Of a DNA stretch of 62,800 nucleotides, positions 48,435-58,449 are shown piece by piece. The notes beneath the pieces were generated by a model. That model was given only the letters and a program-made list of their open reading frames with translations, ran no database searches and was not told the origin of the DNA. Source of the stretch: an uncultured Candidatus Pelagibacter sp. (GTDB lineage Bacteria > Pseudomonadota > Alphaproteobacteria > Pelagibacterales > Pelagibacteraceae); the NCBI GenBank assembly GCA_905612375.1, contig CAJQRS010000002.1, forward strand, positions 1-62,800. The letters run 5' to 3'. Each line of letters begins with the position of its first letter. Position 1 is the first letter of the stretch. Position numbers and translations under genes: made by a program.

Positions 48435-50914
48435 TAATTAAAATTCAAATTTTTTAAAACTCTAAAAGGACTATTTGATGGGTCCATTTTTTTAAATGTT
48501 TTTTTAGCTAGTTTTTTTGGATTATACTTAAAATAAATATCTTTGTTTTTTTCTATCGTTTTATAATTCATTTTTTCAATTAACTTTTTAAAACTATCCT
48601 TACTACACCCTAATAAATTAAGCATTTCAGGGATTAGTTTAATTTCTTTATTTTTTTCAGAGTCAGAGTTTATAATTTGTACAAATAGCCTTTCCAAAAT
48701 ATCTATTCTAACAAAATAATTGTCAAAACTTTCAAAACCACAAAGAAGCATAAAGCTTTTATTTTTTATATTTTTATCATCTAAAAAATTTAAACCAAAA
48801 GTAGGAGGAGTTAAATTAAAATCTTTTTGATTGAAGTTTTTCCAGAGTAAAGTTCTTAACGAAACAGCTTCTGGCTTTAATAATCTAAATAAAAAAACAT
48901 GGTATCTACCAAATTTTACACCTAAGTCTCTTAAAGTTTTTCTCTCATCTTGGCCAAGTTTCTTTAAATAGTCAGCTACTATCTCTCTTTTAATTACACC
49001 ATTACTTTCATATAATTGGTAAGCCAAAGCTTTAATTGATGAGTTGCTTTCTTTTAAATCTTTTAAGTCAATTAGACTTTTTAATACTAGATTTATTTTT
49101 TCTTTAATCCAGTTTTCAATAAATTCTGATAATTTTTGTTTGTCGTCATTTTCCAAGATATCATCTACTATTAAAAAAATATCAGGATTTAGGTAGTCTT
49201 TGCCAGCTATTAATTTAGCAATTGGAAAATTTTTCCAATAAATTTTAAAATCATCTTTTATTTCTATTAACCCTGTATCTATAATAGATTGTATTCTTTT
49301 TTTAAGTTCTGGCCCTACAGTTTGCCTTGCTGCTTTTTTTAATGATTTAATGTCAGTTTCAAGTGCACCAGTTTTTAAATCCATCTCGAACCTCAAACCT
49401 TTTAAATCTCCAATAAACTGCTCATCAATTATTACTTTATTATCTTCCATTATCTCAGTTTTGAATTCCATATCTTGTTTTAATCCTCTTGCAAGCACAC
49501 TGGCTCTTTTATCGATAAAAGTTTTAGTAAGCTCTTCATGTAGTCTGTCAGATAATCTGTCCTCTAATAATTTTGTTTTTTCTATCCAATAACTTTGGCT
49601 TTCAACCCAATTAATTTTATTTGAAACATATGACCAAGTTCTGACATTTGCAATTCTATTTGATAAAGAATCAACATTTCCTTCTAATTTATCCAATTTT
49701 AATAACTGTAACCTCATATAATCATTAGTAATTTTGCCACCTCTACCATTTAAAAAGCTGAAAACCTTACTAACCACCTCAAGATGATTGCCATAAGTTT
49801 TTTTTACAAAATCAGGAATCTGACAACATTCCCAAAGTAGTTCCAATGTTTCTTGGTTATTTCTAATATTATAACCCTCCATATCTTTTAAAAAATATTT
49901 TAAAAGTTTTTCATCTCCACACTCATGTATTTTTCTTAACCAACTTCTATTAGGTTTTTCTTCAAGTGATTTAATTAAACTTAAAGAGTTATTAAAATTT
50001 AAATTAGAATTTCTCCAAAAAAGCATCTTAATTTCTTCAAATTTATGATTTTCGAGTAACTCAACCTCCTCTGCAGAAATCTCTTTACAGTCACCCGTAA
50101 TTCCGAAATTTCCATCATTTAAATATCTGCCAGCTCTTCCAGCAATTTGTCCAATTTCAGACATAGTGAGACGCCTTAACTTTCTACCATCAAATTTTTT
50201 TAAATTTGAAAAAAAAACATTTTCTAGATCCATATTAATTCCCATTCCAATTGCATCAGTTGCAACAAGAAAGTCAACATCACCAGACTGATATAATTGT
50301 ACTTGTGCATTTCTTGTTTTAGGGCTTAATGAACCCATAACAATAGCTGCTCCACCTTTTTGTCTTCTAACAAGTTCTGCAATTGCATAAACTTCTTCAG
50401 TTGAAAAAGCTATGATTACTGTTTTTCTATTAATTCTTGAAATTTTTTTATGACCTACATAGGAAAGTTGAGAAAGTCTTTCTCTATTTATAAATTCAGT
50501 ATCCTCAGCTAGCTTATTCACTATACTTTTAATAGTGCTAGAGCCCATAAGCATTGTTAGTTTTTCACCACGAAGATTTAATAATCTATCAGTAAAAATA
50601 TGACCTCTTTCATGATCCGCACACATTTGTATTTCGTCTATTCCAACAAAATCCAAATGTTTATTAATTGGCATAGATTCTACTGTACAAAGAAAATATT
50701 TTGCATTTGGAGGAATGATTTTTTCTTCACCAGTAATTAAGGCAACCTTATCTACACTAATTTTTTTAATAATTTTGTCATAGACTTCACGCGCAAGCAG
50801 TCTCAAAGGAAAACCAATCATTCCCGAATCAAAAGAAAGCATAGTTTCAATTGCTAAATATGTTTTGCCAGTATTTGTTGGACCGAGAACAGCTGTAATT
50901 TTATTTTTGGACAT
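48434..50914 (-). CDS. SF2 helicase, SUV3/MgpS-like
   Basis: AVLGPTNTGKT, DEIQ, VATDAIGMGINMD and QIAGRAGR motifs; start at 50914 or 50923. Confidence 0.92.
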   Translation of the reverse strand: MSKNKITAVLGPTNTGKTYLAIETMLSFDSGMIGFPLRLLAREVYDKIIKKISVDKVALITGEEKIIPPNAKYFLCTVESMPINKHLDFVGIDEIQMCADHERGHIFTDRLLNLRGEKLTMLMGSSTIKSIVNKLAEDTEFINRERLSQLSYVGHKKISRINRKTVIIAFSTEEVYAIAELVRRQKGGAAIVMGSLSPKTRNAQVQLYQSGDVDFLVATDAIGMGINMDLENVFFSNLKKFDGRKLRRLTMSEIGQIAGRAGRYLNDGNFGITGDCKEISAEEVELLENHKFEEIKMLFWRNSNLNFNNSLSLIKSLEEKPNRSWLRKIHECGDEKLLKYFLKDMEGYNIRNNQETLELLWECCQIPDFVKKTYGNHLEVVSKVFSFLNGRGGKITNDYMRLQLLKLDKLEGNVDSLSNRIANVRTWSYVSNKINWVESQSYWIEKTKLLEDRLSDRLHEELTKTFIDKRASVLARGLKQDMEFKTEIMEDNKVIIDEQFIGDLKGLRFEMDLKTGALETDIKSLKKAARQTVGPELKKRIQSIIDTGLIEIKDDFKIYWKNFPIAKLIAGKDYLNPDIFLIVDDILENDDKQKLSEFIENWIKEKINLVLKSLIDLKDLKESNSSIKALAYQLYESNGVIKREIVADYLKKLGQDERKTLRDLGVKFGRYHVFLFRLLKPEAVSLRTLLWKNFNQKDFNLTPPTFGLNFLDDKNIKNKSFMLLCGFESFDNYFVRIDILERLFVQIINSDSEKNKEIKLIPEMLNLLGCSKDSFKKLIEKMNYKTIEKNKDIYFKYNPKKLAKKTFKKMDPSNSPFRVLKNLNFN

Positions 50915-51088
50915 TTCTATCAATGGTACCTTTAATTTTTATTCCACCACATGTTGTTACCCATAAAGAACAAAAATAGGTTAAAACATGACCGAATCGC
51001 AGAGGAAAAAGTTCTCATTTGCTCTTTATACACTAATTAATTTAACATAATAAAAAACAATTCTGTATTAGTATTTTGTAGCAAAATT

Positions 51089-53050
51089 ATGAATAAAAAA
51101 TTATGGGAAGCGTCACCTGGCCAGAAAAAAAAATCTCTTTTATCGAGCTATGAGAAATTCATTTCAAAAAAATTCAAAAAAAGATTTAATCAAAAATATG
51201 ACAATATTTTAAAATGGAGCATCAAAAACCCAGGTAATTTTTGGAGTTCTATTTGGGATTTTTCCGAAATTAAAGGATTTAAGAGTAAAACTAAAATAAA
51301 AAAATCAAAAATATTTTATAAAAATAAATTTTTACCAAATTCAAAGTTAAACTTTGCTGAAAATTTACTTTCAAAAAATAATAAGAATAAAGCAATAACA
51401 TTCGTTAGCGAGAATGGTTTTCGAGAAGAAAGAAGCTGGTACGAACTAAACATTAATGTAAGTAAAATATCTAAATTTTTAAAAAGTATTAAAATTAAAA
51501 AAAAAGATAGGATTGCAGCATATATGCCCAATACTATTGAGACTGTTGAGGCATTTATAGCCTCCTCTTCTTTAGGAACAATATGGTCCTCATGCTCACC
51601 AGATTTTGGTGTTAAAGGTGTGGTAGAACGTTTTTCACAAATCAGCCCTAAAGTTTTATTTGTAGTAGATAAATATTTTTATAATGGAAAAAAAATAAAT
51701 ATTTTAGAAAGAGTTCCACTAATTTTAAAAGAGATACCTTCCATTGAATATGTTGTCATTGTTAATTACCCAGGAGAAAAATACTTAGAAAATAAACATA
51801 CATCTAAAAAATCAAAGATACTTAAATGGAGTGAGTTAATGAAACAAGAATCTGAAGAGATTCAATTTCCCAAATTTGATTTTGAGCAAGATCTTGCAAT
51901 CTTATATTCAAGTGGAACTACAGGAAAACCGAAGTGTATATGTCATAGGAGTGGAGGAGTTTTGCTTCAGCATAAAAAAGAGCACCAGCTTCATTGTGAT
52001 ATTAGAGAAGGTGATAATGTTTTTTATTTTACTACTTGTGGATGGATGATGTGGAACTGGCTGGTAAGTGTCTTAGCATCAAAAGCATCCATTGTTTTAT
52101 TTGATGGATCACCAATGTATAAAAAAGATGATTTGTTACTAAAAATAGCTGAGAAAGAAAAAATTACTTTATTTGGTATTAGTGCAAAATATGTTGATGC
52201 TCTTCGTAAATCTAAACCCACTTTAAAATATAAGTATAAATTATCAAAATTAAGAACAATTTGTTCTACTGGATCCCCATTATCAAATGATGGGTTTAAG
52301 TATATCTACGAGAACATAAAAAAAAATGTCCATTTATCCTCTATTTCTGGGGGTACTGATATTGTATCTTGTTTTGTCCTGGGAAATTTATACCAGCCAG
52401 TAATTCTAGGTGAAATACAAAATAAAGGTTTAGGTATGAACGTTGATGTTTTTAATGAAAGGGGTGAATCTTTAAAAAATAAAAAAGGAGAGCTAGTTTG
52501 TAAAAACCCTTTCCCATCAATGCCATTAAAATTTTGGAATGATAAAAATGATATTAAATTTAAAAAAGCATATTTTAATAATTTTTTAAACACATGGTAT
52601 CATGGTGACTATGCAGAGATAAAGAAAGGTGGTGGTTTTATTATCCATGGTAGATCAGATACGACACTTAACCCTGGAGGAGTGAGACTTGGAACTGCTG
52701 AAATATACTCTGAGGTAGAAAAGTTTGTAGAAATCAAAGAGTCCATTGTTGTTGGTCAAGCATGGGATAATGATGTCAGAATTATTTTATTTATAGTTTT
52801 AAACGTTAAATACGTATTCGATGAAGATTTATTAAAAAAAATTAGAATACAAATTAAAAAAAATGCATCCCCGAGACATGTTCCATCTAAAATTATAGTA
52901 GTTGACGACATTCCAAGAACTAAAAATGGAAAAATAGTTGAACTAGCTGTAAAAAATACAATAGAAGGAAACGAAATTAAAAATAAAGAAGCGCTAGCAA
53001 ACCCAAGAGTTTTAGATCAATATAAAAATTTAAAGGAATTAAATTATTAA
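51089..53050 (+). CDS. Acetoacetate--CoA ligase
   Basis: WSSCSPDFG, YSSGTTGKPKC, FTTCGWMMWNWL, SISGGTDIVSCF and GRSDTTLNPGGVRLGTAEIY motifs. Confidence 0.93.
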   Translation: MNKKLWEASPGQKKKSLLSSYEKFISKKFKKRFNQKYDNILKWSIKNPGNFWSSIWDFSEIKGFKSKTKIKKSKIFYKNKFLPNSKLNFAENLLSKNNKNKAITFVSENGFREERSWYELNINVSKISKFLKSIKIKKKDRIAAYMPNTIETVEAFIASSSLGTIWSSCSPDFGVKGVVERFSQISPKVLFVVDKYFYNGKKINILERVPLILKEIPSIEYVVIVNYPGEKYLENKHTSKKSKILKWSELMKQESEEIQFPKFDFEQDLAILYSSGTTGKPKCICHRSGGVLLQHKKEHQLHCDIREGDNVFYFTTCGWMMWNWLVSVLASKASIVLFDGSPMYKKDDLLLKIAEKEKITLFGISAKYVDALRKSKPTLKYKYKLSKLRTICSTGSPLSNDGFKYIYENIKKNVHLSSISGGTDIVSCFVLGNLYQPVILGEIQNKGLGMNVDVFNERGESLKNKKGELVCKNPFPSMPLKFWNDKNDIKFKKAYFNNFLNTWYHGDYAEIKKGGGFIIHGRSDTTLNPGGVRLGTAEIYSEVEKFVEIKESIVVGQAWDNDVRIILFIVLNVKYVFDEDLLKKIRIQIKKNASPRHVPSKIIVVDDIPRTKNGKIVELAVKNTIEGNEIKNKEALANPRVLDQYKNLKELNY

Positions 53051-54277
53051 ATGTTAAAAAATATAGTTAAAGGTCTAGAACCATCCTCTACTTTAAAAAT
53101 TAATGAAATCTCTAAAAAGTTAGAAGATAAAGGTGAAAAAATATTTAAATTTGGATTTGGCCAATCTCCATTCCAAATACCAACTGATATTGTTAATGCG
53201 TTAAAAGATAACGCCTATCAAAATAAATATTTACCAATGCAAGGTCTTAATGAGCTTAGAGATGCTGTCGCAAAATATACATCAGTTAAAAAAGATTATA
53301 ATTACAAACCTGAAAATGTAATTATAGGTCCTGGCTCAAAAGAATTGATGTTTTTACTACATATTTTATTTGATGGAGAAATAATATTGCCAGCACCAAG
53401 TTGGGTTTCTTATGCCCCACAAGCAATTCTTGGAAGAAATAAAATTCAACCAATTCAAACAAAAAGAGAAAACAATTGGTTTCCTACTGGATCTGAAATT
53501 GAGGAGGTTATTTTAAAAGATAAAAATAAAAATTATCTATTATTTTTGAATTCTCCAAATAATCCATCTGGGCAGATTTGTAAAAATCTAGAAGAAATTA
53601 GTGAGATTGCTAAGAAATATAATCTTATTATTTTATCAGATGAAATTTATTCTGAGTTAAGTTTTGATGAAGGGTTCAAGTCTATTTCAAGTTTTTGTCC
53701 TGAAAAAACTATTATAAGTACTGGTTTAAGTAAATGGTGTGGTGCAGGTGGGTGGAGATTGGGTTATTTTGTAGTTCCAGACTCTTTAAATATTTTAAAA
53801 AATTCAATTAATGTTTTAGCCAGTGAAACTTTTTCAGCTGTTAGTGCGCCAATTCAATATGCTGCTATTACTGCTTACACAAGTGATCATAGCAAATATA
53901 TAAATAGTTCTAAAGATATTCTTAAAGCAGTTGGTAATTATGTTTATGAAAATTTAAAATCAAACAAGATTTTAATTAATAAGCCTCAAGGTGGCTTTTA
54001 TCTTATGCCAGAATTTTTAAATAAAAAATTTAATACGTCTTCAGAAATGTGTGATAATATTTTAAAAGAGACAGGTGTAGCATTATTACCAGGATCAGAT
54101 TTTGGTTTTGATAAAAATAAAATGTTAGCAAGACTAAGTTTTACAGATTTTGATGGACAAAATTTTATGCGTCAAATTCAAATTGGTCAAAAAATTGATA
54201 ATAATTTAATTTTAAAACACGCACCTAAAATAGTAGAAGGTGTTGATAAGTTAAAAAAATGGTCTGAATCGATATAA
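53051..54277 (+). CDS. PLP-dependent class I/II aminotransferase (aspartate aminotransferase-like)
   Basis: PAPSWVSY, NSPNNPSG, SDEIY and LSKWCGAGGWRLG motifs. Confidence 0.9.
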   Translation: MLKNIVKGLEPSSTLKINEISKKLEDKGEKIFKFGFGQSPFQIPTDIVNALKDNAYQNKYLPMQGLNELRDAVAKYTSVKKDYNYKPENVIIGPGSKELMFLLHILFDGEIILPAPSWVSYAPQAILGRNKIQPIQTKRENNWFPTGSEIEEVILKDKNKNYLLFLNSPNNPSGQICKNLEEISEIAKKYNLIILSDEIYSELSFDEGFKSISSFCPEKTIISTGLSKWCGAGGWRLGYFVVPDSLNILKNSINVLASETFSAVSAPIQYAAITAYTSDHSKYINSSKDILKAVGNYVYENLKSNKILINKPQGGFYLMPEFLNKKFNTSSEMCDNILKETGVALLPGSDFGFDKNKMLARLSFTDFDGQNFMRQIQIGQKIDNNLILKHAPKIVEGVDKLKKWSESI

Positions 54278-54349
54278 AAACTGTCTATACATACCCCTTA
54301 TATTACTGTTAAAATTAAATAATAAAAATAACGATATAGAGGAGAAAAT

Positions 54350-55354
54350 ATGAAAAAAGTAATAACATCTCTATCGAGCGCTCTACTAATCTTTGTTGCA
54401 TCTTTATCTTTTACTGGTGTTGCAAAATCTGCAGAGTTCTTCACGATAGGAACGGGTGGACCAACTGGGGTATATTTCCAAACTGGTAACGCAATTTGTA
54501 AAATGCTGCACAAATCAGCAATTGCTAAAGAGCATGGAAGAAAAAAAGGTATAGATAAAGCTTACAGATGTACTGCGCCTTCAACTGGTGGATCAAATTA
54601 TAATATTGGTCAAATCGCAGCTGGTGAATTTCAATTTGGTGTAGCTCAGTCTGACTGGCAATATCATGCTGTAAATGGATCAAGCAAATGGGAAGGTAAA
54701 CAGTACAGTGATTTAAGAGCTGTATTCTCAGTACACAATGAACCTTTTCAAATTTGGGCAAGAAAAAAAGCAAAAGTAAAAGATTTTGCTGGGCTTAAAG
54801 GAAAAGTTGTAAACATTGGTAACGCTGGTTCAGGTCAAAGAGGAACTATGGAAGTACTTATGGATGCAAAGGGAGTTAACAATAGCTTCTTTAAATCAAC
54901 TACTGAATTAACTTCATCTGAACAAGTAAAAGCTTTATGTGATGGTAAGATTGATGCTTTTGGTTACTCGGTAGGATTTCCAAATGGAGCTATGGAGAAT
55001 GCAGCTTCTTGTGGGGCAAAAGCTTTACCCATCAACTTAACTGGTCCTGAAGTTCAAGGACTAATTGATGGTGCTGCTTATTATGCTAAAGCCATAATTC
55101 CTAAAGGAACTTACACAGGACAGAAAAAAGACGTAACTACTTTTGGTGTTAAAGCTACTGTAGTAACTTCGGCTAATGTTTCTGATGAGCTTGTATACCT
55201 AGTTGTTAAAGCTGTGATGGAAAATTTTGATGATTTCAAAAAACAACACCCTGCTTTTGCTTCTTTAAAAAAAGAAGACATGATAGCTGCTGGTTTGTCA
55301 GCTCCATTACACCCAGGTGCAATTAAATATTATAAAGAAGCTGGATTAATGTAA
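54350..55354 (+). CDS. TAXI-family TRAP transporter solute-binding protein
   Basis: Signal peptide; IGTGGPTGVYF, STGGSNYN, AQSD, GSGQR and APLHPGAIKYYKE motifs; strong AGGAG SD. Confidence 0.93.
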   Translation: MKKVITSLSSALLIFVASLSFTGVAKSAEFFTIGTGGPTGVYFQTGNAICKMLHKSAIAKEHGRKKGIDKAYRCTAPSTGGSNYNIGQIAAGEFQFGVAQSDWQYHAVNGSSKWEGKQYSDLRAVFSVHNEPFQIWARKKAKVKDFAGLKGKVVNIGNAGSGQRGTMEVLMDAKGVNNSFFKSTTELTSSEQVKALCDGKIDAFGYSVGFPNGAMENAASCGAKALPINLTGPEVQGLIDGAAYYAKAIIPKGTYTGQKKDVTTFGVKATVVTSANVSDELVYLVVKAVMENFDDFKKQHPAFASLKKEDMIAAGLSAPLHPGAIKYYKEAGLM

Positions 55355-55374
55355 TCCAACGACTTAATTAAATT

Positions 55375-55408
55375 AAAAGGCCTGATATATTTATTGGGCC
55401 TTTTTTTT
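55375..55408 (+). terminator. Terminator-like hairpin between TAXI SBP and permease
   Basis: AAAAGGCCTGATA-TATT-TATTGGGCC followed by T8. Confidence 0.8.
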
Positions 55409-55430
55409 GTTATAGAGTATCTTTTTTAAT

Positions 55431-57752
55431 ATGAATCAAAATATTGATGATAAAGTAGAAAGTAAGATTAGTGAGGATTTATCTCCAACTAGAAATCTTA
55501 CTGGACTACATTTAAAAATTGTTGGAAGTATTGCAATAATTTGGTCATTATTCCAACTTTGGTACGCTTCTCCATTTCCTTTTATGTTTGATGTTGGAAT
55601 GTTTAGAGGACTTCCTGCTAGGGCTATTCATTTAGGTTTTGCTTTAATTCTAGCTTTTTTAATTTATCCAATTTCTAAAAGAAAAAAAATTTCTTTATTT
55701 GATATTCTAATTAGTTTTATTGCTGCATTTTGTTGTTTATATATTTATTTTTTTTATGACCAGCTAGTGGATAGAGGAGGAATTCTTTTAACTGTTACAA
55801 TTTGGGAAAAATTTAATTTACCAGTTGAGTTAATTATTGGAAGTTGTGGAATTTTAATATTAATCGAAGCAACAAGGAGAGTGTTTGGTTTACCATTAGT
55901 CATTATTGCAGTTTGTTTTTTACTCTTTTCATATTTTGGTAGATATGCGCCAGAAATAATTTCTCATGGTGGACTTTCATTAAATAGATTGATTGGATTT
56001 CAGTGGTTTGATCAAGAAGCTATATTTGGAATTCCTATAGGTGTTTCTGTAGATTTCATTTTTTTATTTGTTTTATTTGGGGCGCTTCTAGAAACGGCTG
56101 GTGGAGGTAAATACTTTTTAGACCTAGCTTTTGCCATGGTTGGCAAAATGAGAGGAGGACCTGCAAAAGCAGCAATTTTAGGATCTGGAATGACCGGTTT
56201 AATATCAGGATCTTCAATTGCAAATACAGTTACAACTGGAACTTTTACAATTCCAATTATGAAAAAAACTGGTTTTTCTAAAGAAAAAGCTGGCGCTATA
56301 GAGGTGTCATCATCAGTTAATGGACAGTTAATGCCACCCGTAATGGGAGCTGCAGCATTTGTGATGGCAAGCTTTTTAGGAGTTACTTATTTTGAAGTTG
56401 TTAAACATGCATTTCTACCAGCGATTATTTCTTATGTTGCATTGTTTTATATTTCTCATCTTGAAGCTTTGAAATTAAATTTAAAAGGAATGGATGATGC
56501 AGACATTCCAAATTTAAAGAAAACATTTTTGTCAGGATTGCATTTTTTGATACCTATTTTTGTTTTGGTATATATGCTGGTTTATTTAAGGTTTACTGCC
56601 TCATACTCAATATTTTTTGCAACGATTGCATTAATGATTGTAAACCTTGGGTATATATTATTTAAAATTCCAGATTTTAAAGTAGCAATAAAAACTTGGT
56701 TTAATCAAACTATAGTTGGTTTTGAAAAAGGTGCCCTAAATATGGTTGGTGTTGGAATAGCAATAGCAACAGCTGGCATAATAGTTGGAGCCGTCGGTTC
56801 AACAGGCTTAAGTACAAATTTAATTATAGTTATAGAGTTTATTGCAAAAGATAATGTTGTTATTTTATTATTTCTAACAATAATTTTATGTCTAATACTT
56901 GGTATGGGTCTCCCAACCACTGCAAATTATGTTGTAGTAGCTTCTTTAATGGCAACAGTATTGGTTGATGTTGGAAATGCATCTGGATTTGTTTTTCCCC
57001 TTATAGCAGTTCATTTATTTGTTTTTTATTTTGGTTTAATGGCCGATGTCACTCCTCCAGTTGGTCTTGCATCATATGCTGCGGCTGCCATTTCAGGAGG
57101 TGATCCTCTTAAAACTGGTCTGCAAGCTTTTTGGTACAGTCTAAGAACAGGTATTTTGCCTATCGTTTTTTTATTTAACCATGAATTATTATTAATAGGA
57201 ATTGAAAATATTTGGCATGGACTTTTAGTAATCATTACTTCTTTAATAGGAATACTGGTTTTTACTTCTGCAACTCAAGCTTGGTTTATAAATAGATTAA
57301 GATGGTATGAGATCATAATTTTTTTATTAATCTCTATTTCACTATTAGCACCAGAATTTGTTTTAAATAAATTTTATCCAAAATATAATTACATGAATAT
57401 TAATAAAATTCATTCAATGAAGCTAGATCCCAGTAAGGAAGCTAGATTTAAGGTAACACGTCCAAGTAATTATGGTGAAAGGTATAAGTTATTTGTAATT
57501 AACAAAAATACTTTTGAATCAGAATATAGTTTAGAACAATATGGAATTAGTTTAATCAGAGAAAATGATAGGATTGTTGTAGATACCCTACAGTGGAATG
57601 GCGAGGCCAAAAAAATAGGATTTGAAACTGGTGATTATATAAGTGAATTTAAATTAGAAAATGCAGATAGACCAAATAAAGGAATTATTTACCCAATAGC
57701 GATTTTATTGTTAATTATATTTGGTTATTTTAACTCTAGAAGAAAAGAATAG
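55431..57752 (+). CDS. TRAP transporter fused 4TM/12TM permease (DctQM)
   Basis: GGPAKAA, SGSSIANTVTTG, GQLMPPVMGAAAF, GMGLPTTANY and DVTPPVGLA motifs. Confidence 0.93.
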   Translation: MNQNIDDKVESKISEDLSPTRNLTGLHLKIVGSIAIIWSLFQLWYASPFPFMFDVGMFRGLPARAIHLGFALILAFLIYPISKRKKISLFDILISFIAAFCCLYIYFFYDQLVDRGGILLTVTIWEKFNLPVELIIGSCGILILIEATRRVFGLPLVIIAVCFLLFSYFGRYAPEIISHGGLSLNRLIGFQWFDQEAIFGIPIGVSVDFIFLFVLFGALLETAGGGKYFLDLAFAMVGKMRGGPAKAAILGSGMTGLISGSSIANTVTTGTFTIPIMKKTGFSKEKAGAIEVSSSVNGQLMPPVMGAAAFVMASFLGVTYFEVVKHAFLPAIISYVALFYISHLEALKLNLKGMDDADIPNLKKTFLSGLHFLIPIFVLVYMLVYLRFTASYSIFFATIALMIVNLGYILFKIPDFKVAIKTWFNQTIVGFEKGALNMVGVGIAIATAGIIVGAVGSTGLSTNLIIVIEFIAKDNVVILLFLTIILCLILGMGLPTTANYVVVASLMATVLVDVGNASGFVFPLIAVHLFVFYFGLMADVTPPVGLASYAAAAISGGDPLKTGLQAFWYSLRTGILPIVFLFNHELLLIGIENIWHGLLVIITSLIGILVFTSATQAWFINRLRWYEIIIFLLISISLLAPEFVLNKFYPKYNYMNINKIHSMKLDPSKEARFKVTRPSNYGERYKLFVINKNTFESEYSLEQYGISLIRENDRIVVDTLQWNGEAKKIGFETGDYISEFKLENADRPNKGIIYPIAILLLIIFGYFNSRRKE

Positions 57753-58178
57753 TTATCCACCAGGACCAAGATCAGATGGTTTTATTTTTAAAATTTTCCA
57801 TATCCCCGATGCTGAAGTTATAATTTTATCATTACATTTGAGCTCACAAAATAAAAATACCAGTGTATTAGTTTTTTTAAGAATTTTTGTAAAACCAGTA
57901 ACTACATCATCCACTTTAGAGGCACCAATAAATTTTAGGTCTAATGAAATAGTTACGCAAGGTGCATTTCCAGATGCTCTGTGAGCTGCAGTACCCGCTC
58001 CCGCATCAATTAAGGCTGATAAATAACCACCGTGAGTTATTCCAGCAGCATTTAAATGATTTTCATTAATTGTAGTTTTAAACTCATATTCTGTTTCAGA
58101 AATAGTTCTAAATAAAACACCACCATTGTGTTTCATAAAGCCAGGCTTAATACTTATTTGCTCAAATTCATTACTCAT
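57753..58178 (-). CDS. PaaI-family hotdog thioesterase
   Basis: HLNAAGITHGGYLSALIDAGAG motif. Confidence 0.9.
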   Translation of the reverse strand: MSNEFEQISIKPGFMKHNGGVLFRTISETEYEFKTTINENHLNAAGITHGGYLSALIDAGAGTAAHRASGNAPCVTISLDLKFIGASKVDDVVTGFTKILKKTNTLVFLFCELKCNDKIITSASGIWKILKIKPSDLGPGG

Positions 58179-58184
58179 AGTTCT

Positions 58185-58283
58185 TTATAATACGAAAGTT
58201 AAAATTAATAAAATTATAAAAACAATTATAAAAAAATATATAACTGATTTTTGTAGCGATGATTTTAGTAGCCAATCTAACAT
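58185..58283 (-). CDS. Possible 32-aa single-TM small protein
   Basis: MLDWLLKSSLQKSVIYFFIIVFIILLILTFVL; AAGGA SD 7 nt upstream; fills the tRNA-Arg/paaI gap. Confidence 0.45.
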   Translation of the reverse strand: MLDWLLKSSLQKSVIYFFIIVFIILLILTFVL

Positions 58284-58297
58284 TTTCTTTTCCTTTT

Positions 58298-58374
58298 TGG
58301 TGGACCGCCCAGAACTTGAATCTGGAATCTCCCGGTTCGTAGCCGAGCGCCTTATCCAATTTGGCCAGCGGTCC
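58298..58374 (-). tRNA. tRNA-Arg (ACG)
   Basis: GGACCGC/GCGGTCC acceptor stem, CTCGG-CTACGAA-CCGGG anticodon arm, TTCAAGT T-loop, encoded CCA. Confidence 0.95.
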
Positions 58375-58449
58375 TTAATTAAATAATTTACCCAATATAT
58401 CAAAGTTTTTGATGTAATTTAAGTTATAAAATATTATGCTGTATTATCA

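Noticed and set aside
50967-51024. LexA SOS box (GAAC/GTTC-N7) upstream of the helicase
   Set aside because: GTTCTCATTTGCTC has N6 spacing and a mismatch; GAAC-N7 is not followed by a second GAAC.
44702-58374. tRNA-anchored genomic island
   Set aside because: No integrase, no duplicated tRNA 3' ends, uniform composition and core genes between the two tRNAs.
58126-58403. ORF-track ORFs of 86, 62 and 72 aa spanning tRNA-Arg
   Set aside because: They read through the tRNA gene; only the internal 32-aa ORF from the ATG at 58283 is retained as a candidate.
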